Shown in pieces: positions 27,040 through 38,539 of a stretch of DNA of 64,000 nt; within the stretch, counting starts at the first letter, position 1, and each line of letters begins with the position of its first letter. Origin of the DNA: Octopus sinensis (Eukaryota); NCBI RefSeq assembly GCF_006345805.1, contig NC_043026.1, positions 7,874,001-7,938,000 of the forward strand, read 5' to 3'. Position numbers and translations under genes: made by a program. The notes beneath the pieces are model-generated. The model did no database searches. It was not told the DNA's origin and saw only the letters and a list, made by a program, of their open reading frames with translations.

Positions 27040-28360
27040 ATATATATGTATGTATATATGTTTTAGTTAAAATTAAAGCTTAGGTAGGGAACTTTAAGGT
27101 GTAGTATGTGAACCTTGTTATGGGAATGTCCATTGTATTGTGCCTGCATAGCACATTCACTACTTGTGACTACCAGGCATCATCCAGGGTAGTAGTCTTT
27201 CATTGCTGGATGTACGTAGGGAATTTGTCAGTACATGTTGAGTGTACAGAAGACAGAGCATACTGGAAGCGTTATGTAAGACAACGACAGTTTTGGCTTA
27301 ATTCTACACTGCTCCTTAGTGAGTGGGGATCGATGTAATGGAAACCTCTTCAGGCAACATAACTGCATGCATGGAAAACAGTTGTTAAACGATGATGATA
27401 ATTATATATGTATATATATTTATTTTTATCACTAAAGTCATCTAGCAACATAGCAGCTAATTGCAAACTGAGGTGTTGTTTTAATTTCGCTTGGTGGGTC
27501 ACATTTTGTGGCTGCCAGCAAAGACTGTATTGATGGAAAACATCAGAAAAGGAGAAATGGTCATCCTAAGAAACTTGCTGCCAGACATCCTGGGTAGACC
27601 TCATATGTTCATAGATCAGTTAAACAGAAATAACAATTTCCTCTGATTAGCCATGCTGTTTGAGGAAACTGTTTTATGTGTCCCCTAAAGTGGGAAGAGC
27701 CAAGTGTTAAACCTGTATAATCCCATACGTTAAATATAATATGTGAACAGATTTCCTCATTGACTGGTCAGTCAGTTGTATGTCTTTGTTGCTTAAGGCC
27801 CTAGGTGATAATAAGCCTACTAATTTAGTCAGTCCAAAAATGTTGCTTTGGTGTTGTGACCTTCAGTGTTGTATGATTTATTATATATATCACCATCATT
27901 TAGTATCTTTGTTCCATGCCAACATAGGTTGGAGTTTTTGATCATAATCTGATGTGTCCAAGGACTGCATTTAGCTCCAATGTCTGCTTTGTCATGGTTT
28001 TTATGGTTGGATGTCCTTTCTAACATCAACCAATATTCTAATCCCACAGGCAGTCTCACTCCTTCCTCATCTTCTTTGTTTTAGAGGCATGGAATCCTAC
28101 TCTTTCAGTAATGTGTGGACAGAGATCCTCGTTGACACAGCATTCGTTTGTCATTGTAATCATCTTCTTAATGTCCTTGCATGCCTAGTTTGTTAAGATT
28201 TTCTGCAGCCAGATGTCTTCCCTGTCACCAACCTGTATTCGGTTCTAACCTGAGGCTGACCAAAGCCTTGTGTTTGGTCAACTGTAAGAAGCCTGTTCAC
28301 ACACACACACACTTATATCTCTCTAATAATCCCATTGTCATCTCATCTTCTCCACCATAG

Positions 28361-28559
28361 ACGCAGTTTGAACTCTGACAGCCTGGTCGAGTTAACAGAG
28401 TTGGTCCACAAAGGGGAAAAACGTGGTATTTTCACAGAGAAGATGCCAGCAAGCATTGAGAAGGTGATTGGCACCGAGAACATAATCTTTGTCAAGAACA
28501 GAGACATTTACAACAATGAGTATTTCCGTTTCATCAAGAACCTGGCCGCAGTTAATGCA
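28361..28559 (+). CDS. USP24: USP24-like exon (RSLNSDSLVELTELVHKGEKRGIF...LAAVNA)
   Basis: catag acceptor, gtaagt donor; phase 2 to 0. Confidence 0.92.
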
Positions 28560-28619
28560 GTAAGTTGTTGTTGTTGTTGTTGTTGTTGTACTGCTGTTGT
28601 TGTTGTGATGACATCAAAC

Positions 28620-28792
28620 CTGTCCCTCTTTGAGGACTTCAATGGGACCTTCACAAAGTGGCAGGAGCACTGCAACAGATGCATTGAAGTGAGAGGATCC
28701 TACTTTGAAGGAGGTCAGAGTTTTGGACCAATTTGAAATTAATAAAGGTCTCTCCTGAAAGAGTTTGAAAAACTTATGGAATGCCACTTGTA
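28620..28792 (+). mobile_element. Mariner transposase 3' end and right TIR remnant
   Basis: EDFNGTFTKWQEHCNRCIEVRGSYFE resembles the mariner C-terminal W..RC.KC....G.Y.E motif; followed by gaaaaacttatggaatgccacttgTA. Confidence 0.65.
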
Positions 28793-28885
28793 AATTATGA
28801 CCAGATATCGAGAATCGTGGTGTCTTGTGGTGTATCATGAATGTGGGTGTAATGTACACTCATAAATTAAGTCATGCTGTGTTAT

Positions 28886-28917
<32 letters not shown>

Positions 28918-29602
28918 GTAAGGAAAAGGGAGGAGGAGAATTTTGATTATTCTCACGTGGTAAGTTGTAATGCAAAATAGATATATATATAAAATAAAAG
29001 AAAAACATGCACACAGTTTACATAGTTTTAATATATTAAAGGCTGCTGTCAAATCACTGAAACAAGTAAAAGAATAAAAGAATATTTATAAGTGTTTGTC
29101 AGACAAACACAATACTCTTTCACTTATAAACTATATTAAAACTATGTAAACTGTAAGCATTTTCCTTCTTTTATTTTATATATATTTTTGCATTATATAT
29201 GTATGTATGTATGTGTGTATGTATGTAGATAAAGATTTCTGTGTGGCACAATGGTCATTCATCCTTTCTTGTCGTTGGTCAGCAGCAACGGTTTGACACT
29301 CCTCTCTCTTCAAATTCAATTTCTGAAGGGTTCCACAGGTGTAATTCAAAGAGTGGGGATTTTTTCCCATTGTTTGGCACCAGTTTTGACCAGGTGGTCC
29401 CACAATCCTCTCCTTGTCTTGCAAAGAATCTCCCCACACACACACACCTCCACCTCTTTCAGTCCTCATACAATTTTGTTGATTACTTTTGTTGTTTTTG
29501 TTGTAACAGATCTATTTTTTACATTGACTATATTGTTAGTCTTGTAGTCATTTTCCCCACCCTCCAGGGCTTTGCCATTTGTCTTCAACCCGTTCACCTA
29601 AA

Positions 29603-30290
29603 TACAAAGCTGGGTTAAAATTTTCATAGGCTGATTATGAAGGAGTGATGCTAGGGCTGTGAAAGCTTGCATGCATCAATTTAAACTCTTCATTAATAAC
29701 TGCATTGTTTCTTTCCGGGTAAACTGACATCTGACTGTTCAAAGAAGACATCAGATGTAACTAGTAGTAACTTCTCTTTAAAATGAACTAAATTTGGCAT
29801 TTTGGTCTTATCAAGTACCAGCAGAAAAAGGGTTTAGACCCCCAAAGACGTTCATACTAACATGGTTGCTACATTAGGTGATGGACACTCAAACTTTATC
29901 AACAGTGCAAAAGGGGACAGCTGAATTTAGGAGAGAAAAGGAGAGTCTTGAAAATGACCCAATGTCAGGACATCCTGAAATGGCCACCACCAAGGTAAAC
30001 ATTGATCATGTTCACCACATAGTGATGGATGACAAGCGATTGATTATAACTCAAATAGCCAATGCTGTTAGCCATATCCTGTGAGGGAGTAGAGAATATT
30101 CTGCACAATGAACTTGGCATGATGAAGGTTTCTGCTTGGTGGGTGCCACATCTTCTGACATCTGACCAAAAGTGCACCAGGCCAATCACATCATGGGAAA
30201 ATTTGACAGGGAACATCCAGCTGGTTTTCTTGAATGTTTCGAATTCCTTGAGAATATCTTGGTCATCCTATGAACTTTTTCAACCAAAGA
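29603..30290 (+). mobile_element. Internally deleted mariner element (HTH domains only)
   Basis: Fragments STVQK..AEFRR..ESLENDP.SG.P, IDHVHHIVMDDKRL and LHNELGM.KVSAWWVPHLLT (WVPHEL-like); imperfect TIRs ggttaaaattttcataggctga / tcatcctatgaactttttcaacc; no DD34D domain. Confidence 0.8.
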
Positions 30291-30525
30291 TTTGGCTCTC
30301 AGGTTCCCTGAGGCGTGACAGGACACGATTTATGCAACAGAAGAGAGGCTGAGTGTGTTGTATAGTGTGTTGGTAGTTATTAAACCCTGGGCTGAGAGAT
30401 TAATGTTGACTTCAATTGGAACTGAACACTGAATGCTGGTGTTTGGAACTAAATACTTCTTCCTCTCCCTCTGTAACCATGTACTGTCCCCTTTTGACTA
30501 AACCACTCCATTCATCTCTCCACAG

Positions 30526-30629
30526 GCTCATGAAACTGACCCCAACTACAGTAAGTTATGTGTACAGTCGCTCCAGCTGGCCATGAAATTCCTCATCAAT
30601 ACGTACTTCAGAGCAAAACTGAAGACAAA
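30526..30629 (+). CDS. USP24: USP24-like exon (AHETDPNYSKLCVQSLQLAMKFLINTYFRAKLKTK)
   Basis: cacag acceptor, gtaaga donor; SLQLA..FL..TY.R motif; phase 0 to 2. Confidence 0.9.
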
Positions 30630-30945
30630 GTAAGAAAGTCTAATTTTTATTTTCTGATTCACTGAAAACATCTAGCAGCCAGGATGTCTGTCCTGACTCT
30701 GTTTGATAACATTGATAAAGAAGGGACAGAGCCCAGTAATTTATTTATATCCAATGTACCAGTAATTAACTAATCTCTAGTGTACCAGTAATTATTTCTG
30801 TCCATGAATTTTAAATTATTGACAGCCTGTACAATTTATCAAGTTTTATATCCGCTCTCCTCCCATAGAAAGACATAAAATTGCTAAATTTTCACATAAA
30901 TGACAGACATAACTTTGGTTTAATGTTGTTGTTGTCGTTGTTCAG

Positions 30946-31059
30946 GGCTGAGTTAGATGACTGGGTCACTGTGATTGAGATGTTGGTCACTCGCTGCAAA
31001 GAAGCCTGCATGTGCCTGGTCGACATGATTGGAGAAGACGATGGTTATACCTACATCAA
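30946..31059 (+). CDS. USP24: USP24-like exon (AELDDWVTVIEML...YTYIK)
   Basis: ttcag acceptor, gtaagt donor; phase 2 to 2. Confidence 0.88.
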
Positions 31060-32346
31060 GTAAGTATCTCTCTCAGTTTATTACCTTTCACTATTCCTCC
31101 TACTCCTGCAACCAGCTTCGACCCCTATACCCTTGCTCACCTCACTATGAAGCTTACAACTGTCCCTGCCTCCTTACAAGCCATAGCTTTACTACTCCCT
31201 CCCCACTCTTACCAATCACAAACACTGCTCTCACTTCTTCCCTGGCTTTACAACCATTGCTCCCATCATCAGCAGCCTTATGAGACTCATAAGACAAGGG
31301 CTTCTGTTGTGGGATTCCTGGGTAATTTGATTAAAAATGTAGTTGAAAATTCCTGGGATTGCATTCCATTTTCTCAAAATTTCCACGCATATCATTCAAA
31401 AACTAATTCTAGATTACAAAACCACCTTAAAGACTTTTTCTAAGAAATTATAAGAATTGGTCAGCCAAAATCATCAGCTTTTGGAGAAACAGAATGAAAT
31501 TGTAGAAGAAATAAAGTGAAAGGAGTTGCTCTTGATGGAATTTTCATGAAGAGATTAGATAAAAAAATGGTTTTTGTTTCTCATTTTAGACAAGGAATTT
31601 CAATGTTGATGGAATTAGAGAAAAATTTGGGATTAACAGAAGAATTAAAAAAGAAATAAGAACTTTGAAAAATTCAATATTTCTTTAGAGTGATATACAT
31701 GTTGAAGTAAGCAGAGATACATCAATGTAAATGGACACCAATTTGGTAAAGCCCGGAATTTCAATGGGATCCAAATTTATGGAAGTTTATGTGCTGAAAA
31801 ATCATTATTGAACTTTGAGAAACTTTCTGACTTCAGCTTTGGCTTGGCAACAAATCTTGTTTCAGTGGTAAATGATAGAACAAGTGCCAGCGTTCATTTT
31901 GGTAACACTGTTAATTGTGAGCATTAATTGTGTTACATCAATTTCATTTGGCTGTGATGGTCTTTACAGGAAAACTGAATCTAATTGTGATGAAGCAAAT
32001 TTCACTAACGACCTTTCTTAAAAGAGCAAGTTTGAAAATATATTCAATGATCTGAATTAAAAGTATGGTTAATAATTATGTTTGTGGACACATATGCTGC
32101 ATTTGTTACAATTTATAGACTATCTACCAATGACACACATGTGGCATTGGGTAGAGTCTGTAGACTAGATTCAGCAATCTCCTGCCCAATCAAGTACTTC
32201 ACCCAGACTATCACAGATTTCTTTATTACTTCAAACAAACCCTCAACTGACTCCCTATTTTGCTCTTCATCAACCCTCATCACTGTCCACAGATTACACT
32301 TTGTTAAACCCTTACTGTAAGGTCTATGTCTCTCTCTCTTTTGTAG

Positions 32347-32446
32347 GTCCTTTCTGCTGGAATGTCCAAACAAAGATGTTCGGCTTACCCTGGCCAAAAT
32401 CCTCCAACGTATGATGAATAGCTTCTTTCAACATGGTGCCGTAGCT
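32347..32446 (+). CDS. USP24: USP24-like exon (SFLLECPNKDVRLTLAKIL...HGAVA)
   Basis: tgtag acceptor, gtgagt donor; FLLEC motif; phase 2 to 0. Confidence 0.9.
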
Positions 32447-33371
32447 GTGAGTCTTGTATTCTTGATGTGATCATTGCTTGATATTGAGGGGCTGGACATA
32501 ACCAGGGTCACACAAGGGAGGAGTGCTATGGGCATAGGGCTAATGATTGACTGGATATGGAGGGAAAATTTTACTCACATAAATATGACCCCTTCAGTCA
32601 CATATATGATGATAGGTTAGTTGGATATAGGGTTACATCAGGACAAAATATGAGGTAGACAAAGGGTTACATTGAGAGCTGTCAAAGTAAGCAGTGAATA
32701 TGTGTTTATGTAACAATGGTAAGTTAATATAAAACAAAATAAATGAATTTGAGGGTAAAAGAGCAGTTTTTAGTGGTGAACAGTGAAACAGAGGTAAGGT
32801 TTATGGGGGTAATATGTGAAAGGAAGGGCATGAAGTTATAGGGACATATTTATAGATGCAATATTTGTTATAACTTGATAGCTGGCTCTTGATATTAAAT
32901 AGGTTTGTGAGTTAATATCCCCATGGATATGACATCTGTCCAGATGGGGTAACTCAGTCCAGTGAACTGACACAATAGACATGAACAAGTACATAATCCT
33001 GGGGTCATTTGTCGTGAGTGACTCCTTGTTTAAATTGCAGTGAAATCTTCCTTAAATCACACATTAATGACTTTTACAAAGAAAAGGCACATTAGTTAAT
33101 GGAGTCCTAGCTATACTGTGTCTGAATAAAGATGAAATGTTCATAGATGATCCATCTTTGATCATAGATCTTTTGGATCTGGACTGAACTGAGGCTAAGC
33201 AACAACAAATTAGATAATGTAGTTCTATATACACATTGTCTTAATAAAAAGTTGGTGTGGGCATGGCTGAAACATCCTTGATCTTAGGTGTGTCTGTTGG
33301 ATGGGATTGACAGCAGTAAGTATTTCCATAAGAAATTGTGTTTTAATTGTTTTTTTTCCCCTATTTTTCAG

Positions 33372-33491
33372 ACATACAAATCATTTGACCAGTTGGTGGG
33401 TCATCTGCTCCACATGCTAAACAAAGATCTTCCTGACAACATCAAAAACTCCACTCAATATTTCCTCGTTCTCAAAAGTTACGTCCAGATG
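33372..33491 (+). CDS. USP24: USP24-like exon (TYKSFDQLV...KDLPDNIKNSTQYF...VQM)
   Basis: tttcag acceptor, gtaaga donor; phase 0 to 0. Confidence 0.9.
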
Positions 33492-33792
33492 GTAAGAATT
33501 ATTGCAATGGTCTCTGCATCATTTTGAAACCACTTCACCCGAATTGAGTATCAAGGTTGGCTTGTTAAAATACCAGTCATGTACTGGGGCTAGGTGTTAT
33601 CAATTGACACACCCACCAAACCTGAAAATTGCTGGCTGGCTGCTCAAATTACAAACGATTCTTATTCTTCCTCCTCCTCCTCTTCTGAGCTGGAAGAATC
33701 CTTACAGAACCAGATTAAATATCTTGTTGTATTCTCTTTCCTCTTCCTTTATATTCTCAATTGAAATCCTTTTCCCCTTCATATTTTGTCAG

Positions 33793-33879
33793 GGTACCAA
33801 GGCCTGCAGCCACATGTTCCATCGGAAGGGCTTCAATCATCTGATCAACTTTCTACTTGGAACCGTCGACAAAGAAGAA
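33793..33879 (+). CDS. USP24: USP24-like exon (GTKACSHMFHRKGFNHLINFLLGTVDKEE)
   Basis: gtcag acceptor, gtaggt donor; I.FLLG motif; phase 0 to 0. Confidence 0.88.
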
Positions 33880-35700
33880 GTAGGTACCAACTTCTATAAC
33901 AGCAGACCACTGATAAACTACAACCTGTACACAACATACCCTGATGACTACACAACATCCCAAACAGCAAAATTGCAAATCATTGAATATATAATACATA
34001 TCCAAACAAGTTTTAACCCTTTTGTTACCGTATTTATTTTGAGATGCTCAAAATAATGTTTCTTTCAATTAATTTTAAATATAACACAGAATTTAGTAAG
34101 ATAACTTAGTTATTATTAAGCAAGTGTTAGGATCATAAATTGTGACTTAAGGTTTGGTGGAAGATTTTAATTAAAAACTTATGAAATCAAGACATTTGTA
34201 CTACAGAGCCAGAGGTGGTTTCAGCCAGGTTGGTATTGAAATGGTTAAAACCTCTAGTATTCCTCTCTCCTACACAATCAGCAGAAGCATATTTCTCTGC
34301 TTTCTCTTGCTGGCATTTATTGATAGTTCAACAAGACCCAACAAACAGGGGAACCATTTCTTGGTCCAGTGACATCATCACTGCTTCACATCCATCTTCC
34401 ATACTGACATCAGTTGGATTATTCAACTAAATCTGACAAGTTATAGACTTCTTCAAGCCCTAATGTCTATTGTGGCAAGGTTTCTGTGGCTTTCTGTGTC
34501 CTTTTTAAATGCCACTTACTTTATAGTGTGTATTGGGTGCTTTTTTCATAACACTTGCTCAGTTGAGGTCACCAAGGAACTTGCGAGAGAAAAAAAGATC
34601 CGTCTCAACTGAGTAGAGTTGTAGCAGAGCAGGAGTTGGCTTTATGTTGAGAAGTATAAAAGAAGAGGAAGAAAGAAATTTGTTGCTGTAGAAGAGATGC
34701 ATGGCTACCGTCCTTACATTATGTGAGTGTACCTTTATGTGAATAGAAGAAAGAGTGGAGACAAAAGAATAGGAAGGGTGGATGGGCAGGTGGGTACAGG
34801 GTGCAAGATACAGTAGAATGAGAGTATGGAGGGCTGAGGAGGTGAATATAATAAATGATGGAGCAAAGATTGATGTTAAGTATGAGTTGAAGAGAATATA
34901 GGGGAGAGTTGGTGATGACTGACCATAGAGAAAGAGCAGAAAGTGATTGAATAGTAATATTGTAAGTGGGAGAGATGGGAGAAAAGGAAATGGCAGGTTG
35001 GTTGATAGGTTGCAAAAATGTGAGAGAGAGACATGTGAGTTGAGGGGTGAGGGAAAAGAATGGTAATCAGTGTAAGTGGAGAGGGATAGTGTGAGAATGT
35101 CAAGAATGGAGGAGGGCTGTCAAATGAAGTGGTTCCTGGTAGTGAGGAAGATAAATGGTATCGTAGAAATGATAATGAGATATGTAGTTCTTTCATTTAA
35201 TTTCGGCAGAATATTACAGCAGTTTGGTAAGTGATGGAGGGATCCGTGAGAGACAGTTGAGTTGTGTGGATGGCATGACAAGCAAATTGGGCCATCATCA
35301 TCATCAGTTGTATAAATTAAACATTATACTTTCAGAAGCTCAGTTTTGTTGTGATAGGTTTTCTCGGGCACCAACAGGGGACATGTCTTAAACTCTTCTG
35401 TTTTGGTCACAAGCCATTCATCTATCCCTAGCTACATCAGCCATTACCAGGTTCCAGAGCGAGGGACCCTATCAAAGGTTTTCTCTTGGTTGATGTATGT
35501 CATGTTTAATGATTTACTTTGACTAAATAATTTTCCTGCCTTACTACAAATGGAGCATCTCAAGTGCTTTTCCCCAGCACAAGACCAAACTACATCTCAC
35601 AAAATCTGATTTTGTTCCTAATTAATTGGGCTAAAATTCTCTCTAACTTTCAAGAACTGGTCCTGCAGTTTGATACTTCTGTAATTACTTTTGTCTAAGG

Positions 35701-37892
35701 CAGGTGTGTCAAACTCAATCATACAGGGGTCCAAAATTCAAATCACACTTAAGATTGTGGGCTGAACTGGATAAATATTCATTAAGCAGTGGAAAACTAA
35801 ACCTTCTTTAAACATTGAAATGAATTAAAACAGACAAAAGTTGAAATAATAGCAAATCAAGGCATACCAATTTTTGCTCTTATTCCAATTTGTCAGAGCA
35901 GCATGTTTGGAATAAGGGTCTGTGTTATGGAGATTCTCAGGATGGACTGCGAGTGTTCATCAGTGAGATGACTCCTGTGTGATGTTTTGTTAATTTTTAT
36001 CACAGAGAACAGCTGCTCACACAGCTATGAGCTGCATGGAGACAAAGCAGTTGTACTATGCCTTTTGTGTCCCATTATACTGCAGCTGTATGGGCTCCAT
36101 CTGCAAATGGACAGGTGCAGTTTCCACATTGATAGCAAATGGGCTGTAAAACAGCTTGAAATTACTTTTCTGTACTTCAAAGTCAGTAAAATGTTGTGCG
36201 AACTCATTGTAAAGTGAACTCAGTTTCTCAGCAAAGTGTGCGTTTGGGAACACCATTGCACTGACTTGGTTCAACATTGCTTTGCAACAAGGAAAGTGAA
36301 ACAAGTTGCATGGGTGCTTTTGTGTCTCTCATAAGCGCAGCCTCACTTGAAATGCCTTCAATGATTCATGCATATCAATGGTCAAGTGGTTCCATCCCTG
36401 GAGCTGCAGGTTCAAGATGTTGAGATGGGTAGTTATGTCAAATAGAAATGCCAACCCATGTTTCCACTCTTCATCCCACAAAACGGTGGAGTCTTTTCCT
36501 TTGCTGTCCATGAACGGACAGATTTCCTCAGTCAGCTGTAAAACTCTGCCAAGAACTTTTCCCCAACTTAGCCACCACACCTCTGTATGATAAAACATGT
36601 CACCAAACTCTGAATCTATTTCCTGCAAAAAACACTGAAATTGGCAGAGATTTAAACCTTTGGCTCTGATAAAGTTGATGCTTTGTGTTGCAGTGCTCAT
36701 TACATGTTGAGGACTTTACCACACAGTGATCCTTGGTGTATAATGCAATAATACACTATCAACTCACCAGTGCAGTCTTCCTGCATCTTTAACTGCATCT
36801 GTCCTAATAGTTCACTACTTCTGCCGCATGTCGCCGGTGCTCCATTTGCTGTAATTCCAACAAGTTTGCCACAAGGCAGGTTCATGTCAGTTACACTTCG
36901 GCATATGTTGTCAAAAATGTCTTTTCCTGTCGTCCTATGCATGGATTTCATGTCCAATAATTCTTCTGTAACATTTAAACTGGAGTCTACTCCATGGATG
37001 AAGATGGTGAGCTGTGCAATGTCAATTGTATTATTACTTTCATTGACAGCAAGAGAGGATACATTGCGATCAGCTGTTTTTTCACATCAGTGGCCATCTC
37101 ACAAACTTGATCAGCAATTGTATTTCTGCTAAGGCTTACATTTGCAAACATCTGCTTTTTGTCTGGACACAAGACATCACACACTTTCATCATGCAGTTC
37201 TTCAGTAAATTGTCAGGCTGATTTGGCAATCTCCTCTGCTACAATAAAACTTGCTTTCACAGCAGCTTCACTTCGTGATTTTGCTTTGGTGAAAAACATC
37301 TACTGTGATTCCACTTCAATTCTTCTGCATTCAAGTTTTACAATTTGTCTTGATGATTAGTCTTGCAGTGCCATCTTAGATTATATTCCTTGATCACAGC
37401 CACATTATCTCCATAAATTAGACACACAGGTTTACCGCCAATATCAGTAAACATATTGATCTTCCCAGTGGCTTTGAAAAGCTCTGTTTTCAGAATCAAC
37501 TTTTCTCTTGGCCATTTTAATGGCTAGCTTTGATTTAAAAGTAAGACTGTGCATCCACCGATAGACACTTGATTGATATGACATAAGCAGGAAGGAGTAA
37601 TGCAATATCTGGGTATTATACTACTTTCATCACTTATGTGCCAATCCAAAACAAACAACAGGATGTTGCTAGGTTATGCAATGACAAACATCCACACACC
37701 ACACAACATTCCTTTTAACTTGTTCTGATCAACACAGGATTGCTCTCAAGCTGCCTTTCATTCGACAAGGCTGCTATATTGGGCGATTTGGAGTTTGCAC
37801 TTCATATCGATGGGCCATTAAAAAATATTTGCCTAAAATTCTCTTGTGGGCTGGATATAGTTATGTGTCGGGCCTTGAGTTTGACACCTGCG
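35701..37892 (-). mobile_element. hAT transposon, SPIN/Buster (GTF2IRD2-like) group, degenerate
   Basis: Imperfect 18-bp TIRs sharing GTGTCAAACTCAA; 8-bp TSD gtcTAagg / atcTAaag (35693-35700, 37893-37900); decayed transposase inside. Confidence 0.85.
35880..37515 (-). pseudogene. hAT transposase pseudogene
   Basis: MAKRKVDSENRAF...KPVCLI...EYNL.WH (BED-type finger), SLSRNT, TTGKDIF, GITANGAP, CIIHQ.SLC, HTEVWWLSWGKVL and CEQLFSV.KINKT.HRS.LTDEH (hATC), split by frameshifts and stops. Confidence 0.85.
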
Positions 37893-38539
37893 ATCTAAAG
37901 CATCTCTTTTATCTTTGCACCAGTTGACTATAAGGCTGCTACACCAGTCATTAGGTATGACACTTTGCTATACAACCTGATTAACAGGAGACGAGGTCAT
38001 AGTCCACCCTTCAGTATATTTTAAGCATCTCAATTGTGATTCCTGATGGATCAGGGGTTTATCTTCATATCTTTAATAGCCTTTTACACTGCTGTTTACT
38101 AGGATGGTTGGTCCCTCTGTTGGGTTTATGTTTCGAAGATCCACTTTTTCCCATGTAATCTCCACTTTTAATAACCTTTCATATGCATCTTTTACCATGA
38201 TATATTTAATAGACTCTTGGCTGCTGGATATACATACATACATACACTGAAATACATACCCTGCTATATACATCCTGACTGATAGATATATGTAGTATAC
38301 TGAAATATGTACCTTGAAAGATACATGCATAATACTTCACCAATGTTTGATTTATGTGCATGCTGATAGTAGCTAGATGTAAATGTGTGTGTGTGTGTGC
38401 ATTCACATACATATATAAATGCAAGTGTATGTGTTTATGTATGTATGTTAAGCCCAGAAAGGTTCTGAAATATTTTATCCTCAAGAAAAATGAATTTCAT
38501 TTTCAGAATCTGTCTCAAGAATAAGTTGTCTTTAAATAG

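Noticed and set aside
31300-32070. AT-rich segment with recurring ggaattt/aattcc motifs, possibly an old DNA transposon
   Set aside because: No TIR, TSD or coding motif could be fixed.
33880-33889. Alternative donor 4 nt downstream (gtag/gtacc)
   Set aside because: It would break phase with exon 42812, and there is no evidence of use.
33502-34056. 184-aa ORF
   Set aside because: It is exon 33793-33879 plus in-frame intron on both sides, with no independent signal.
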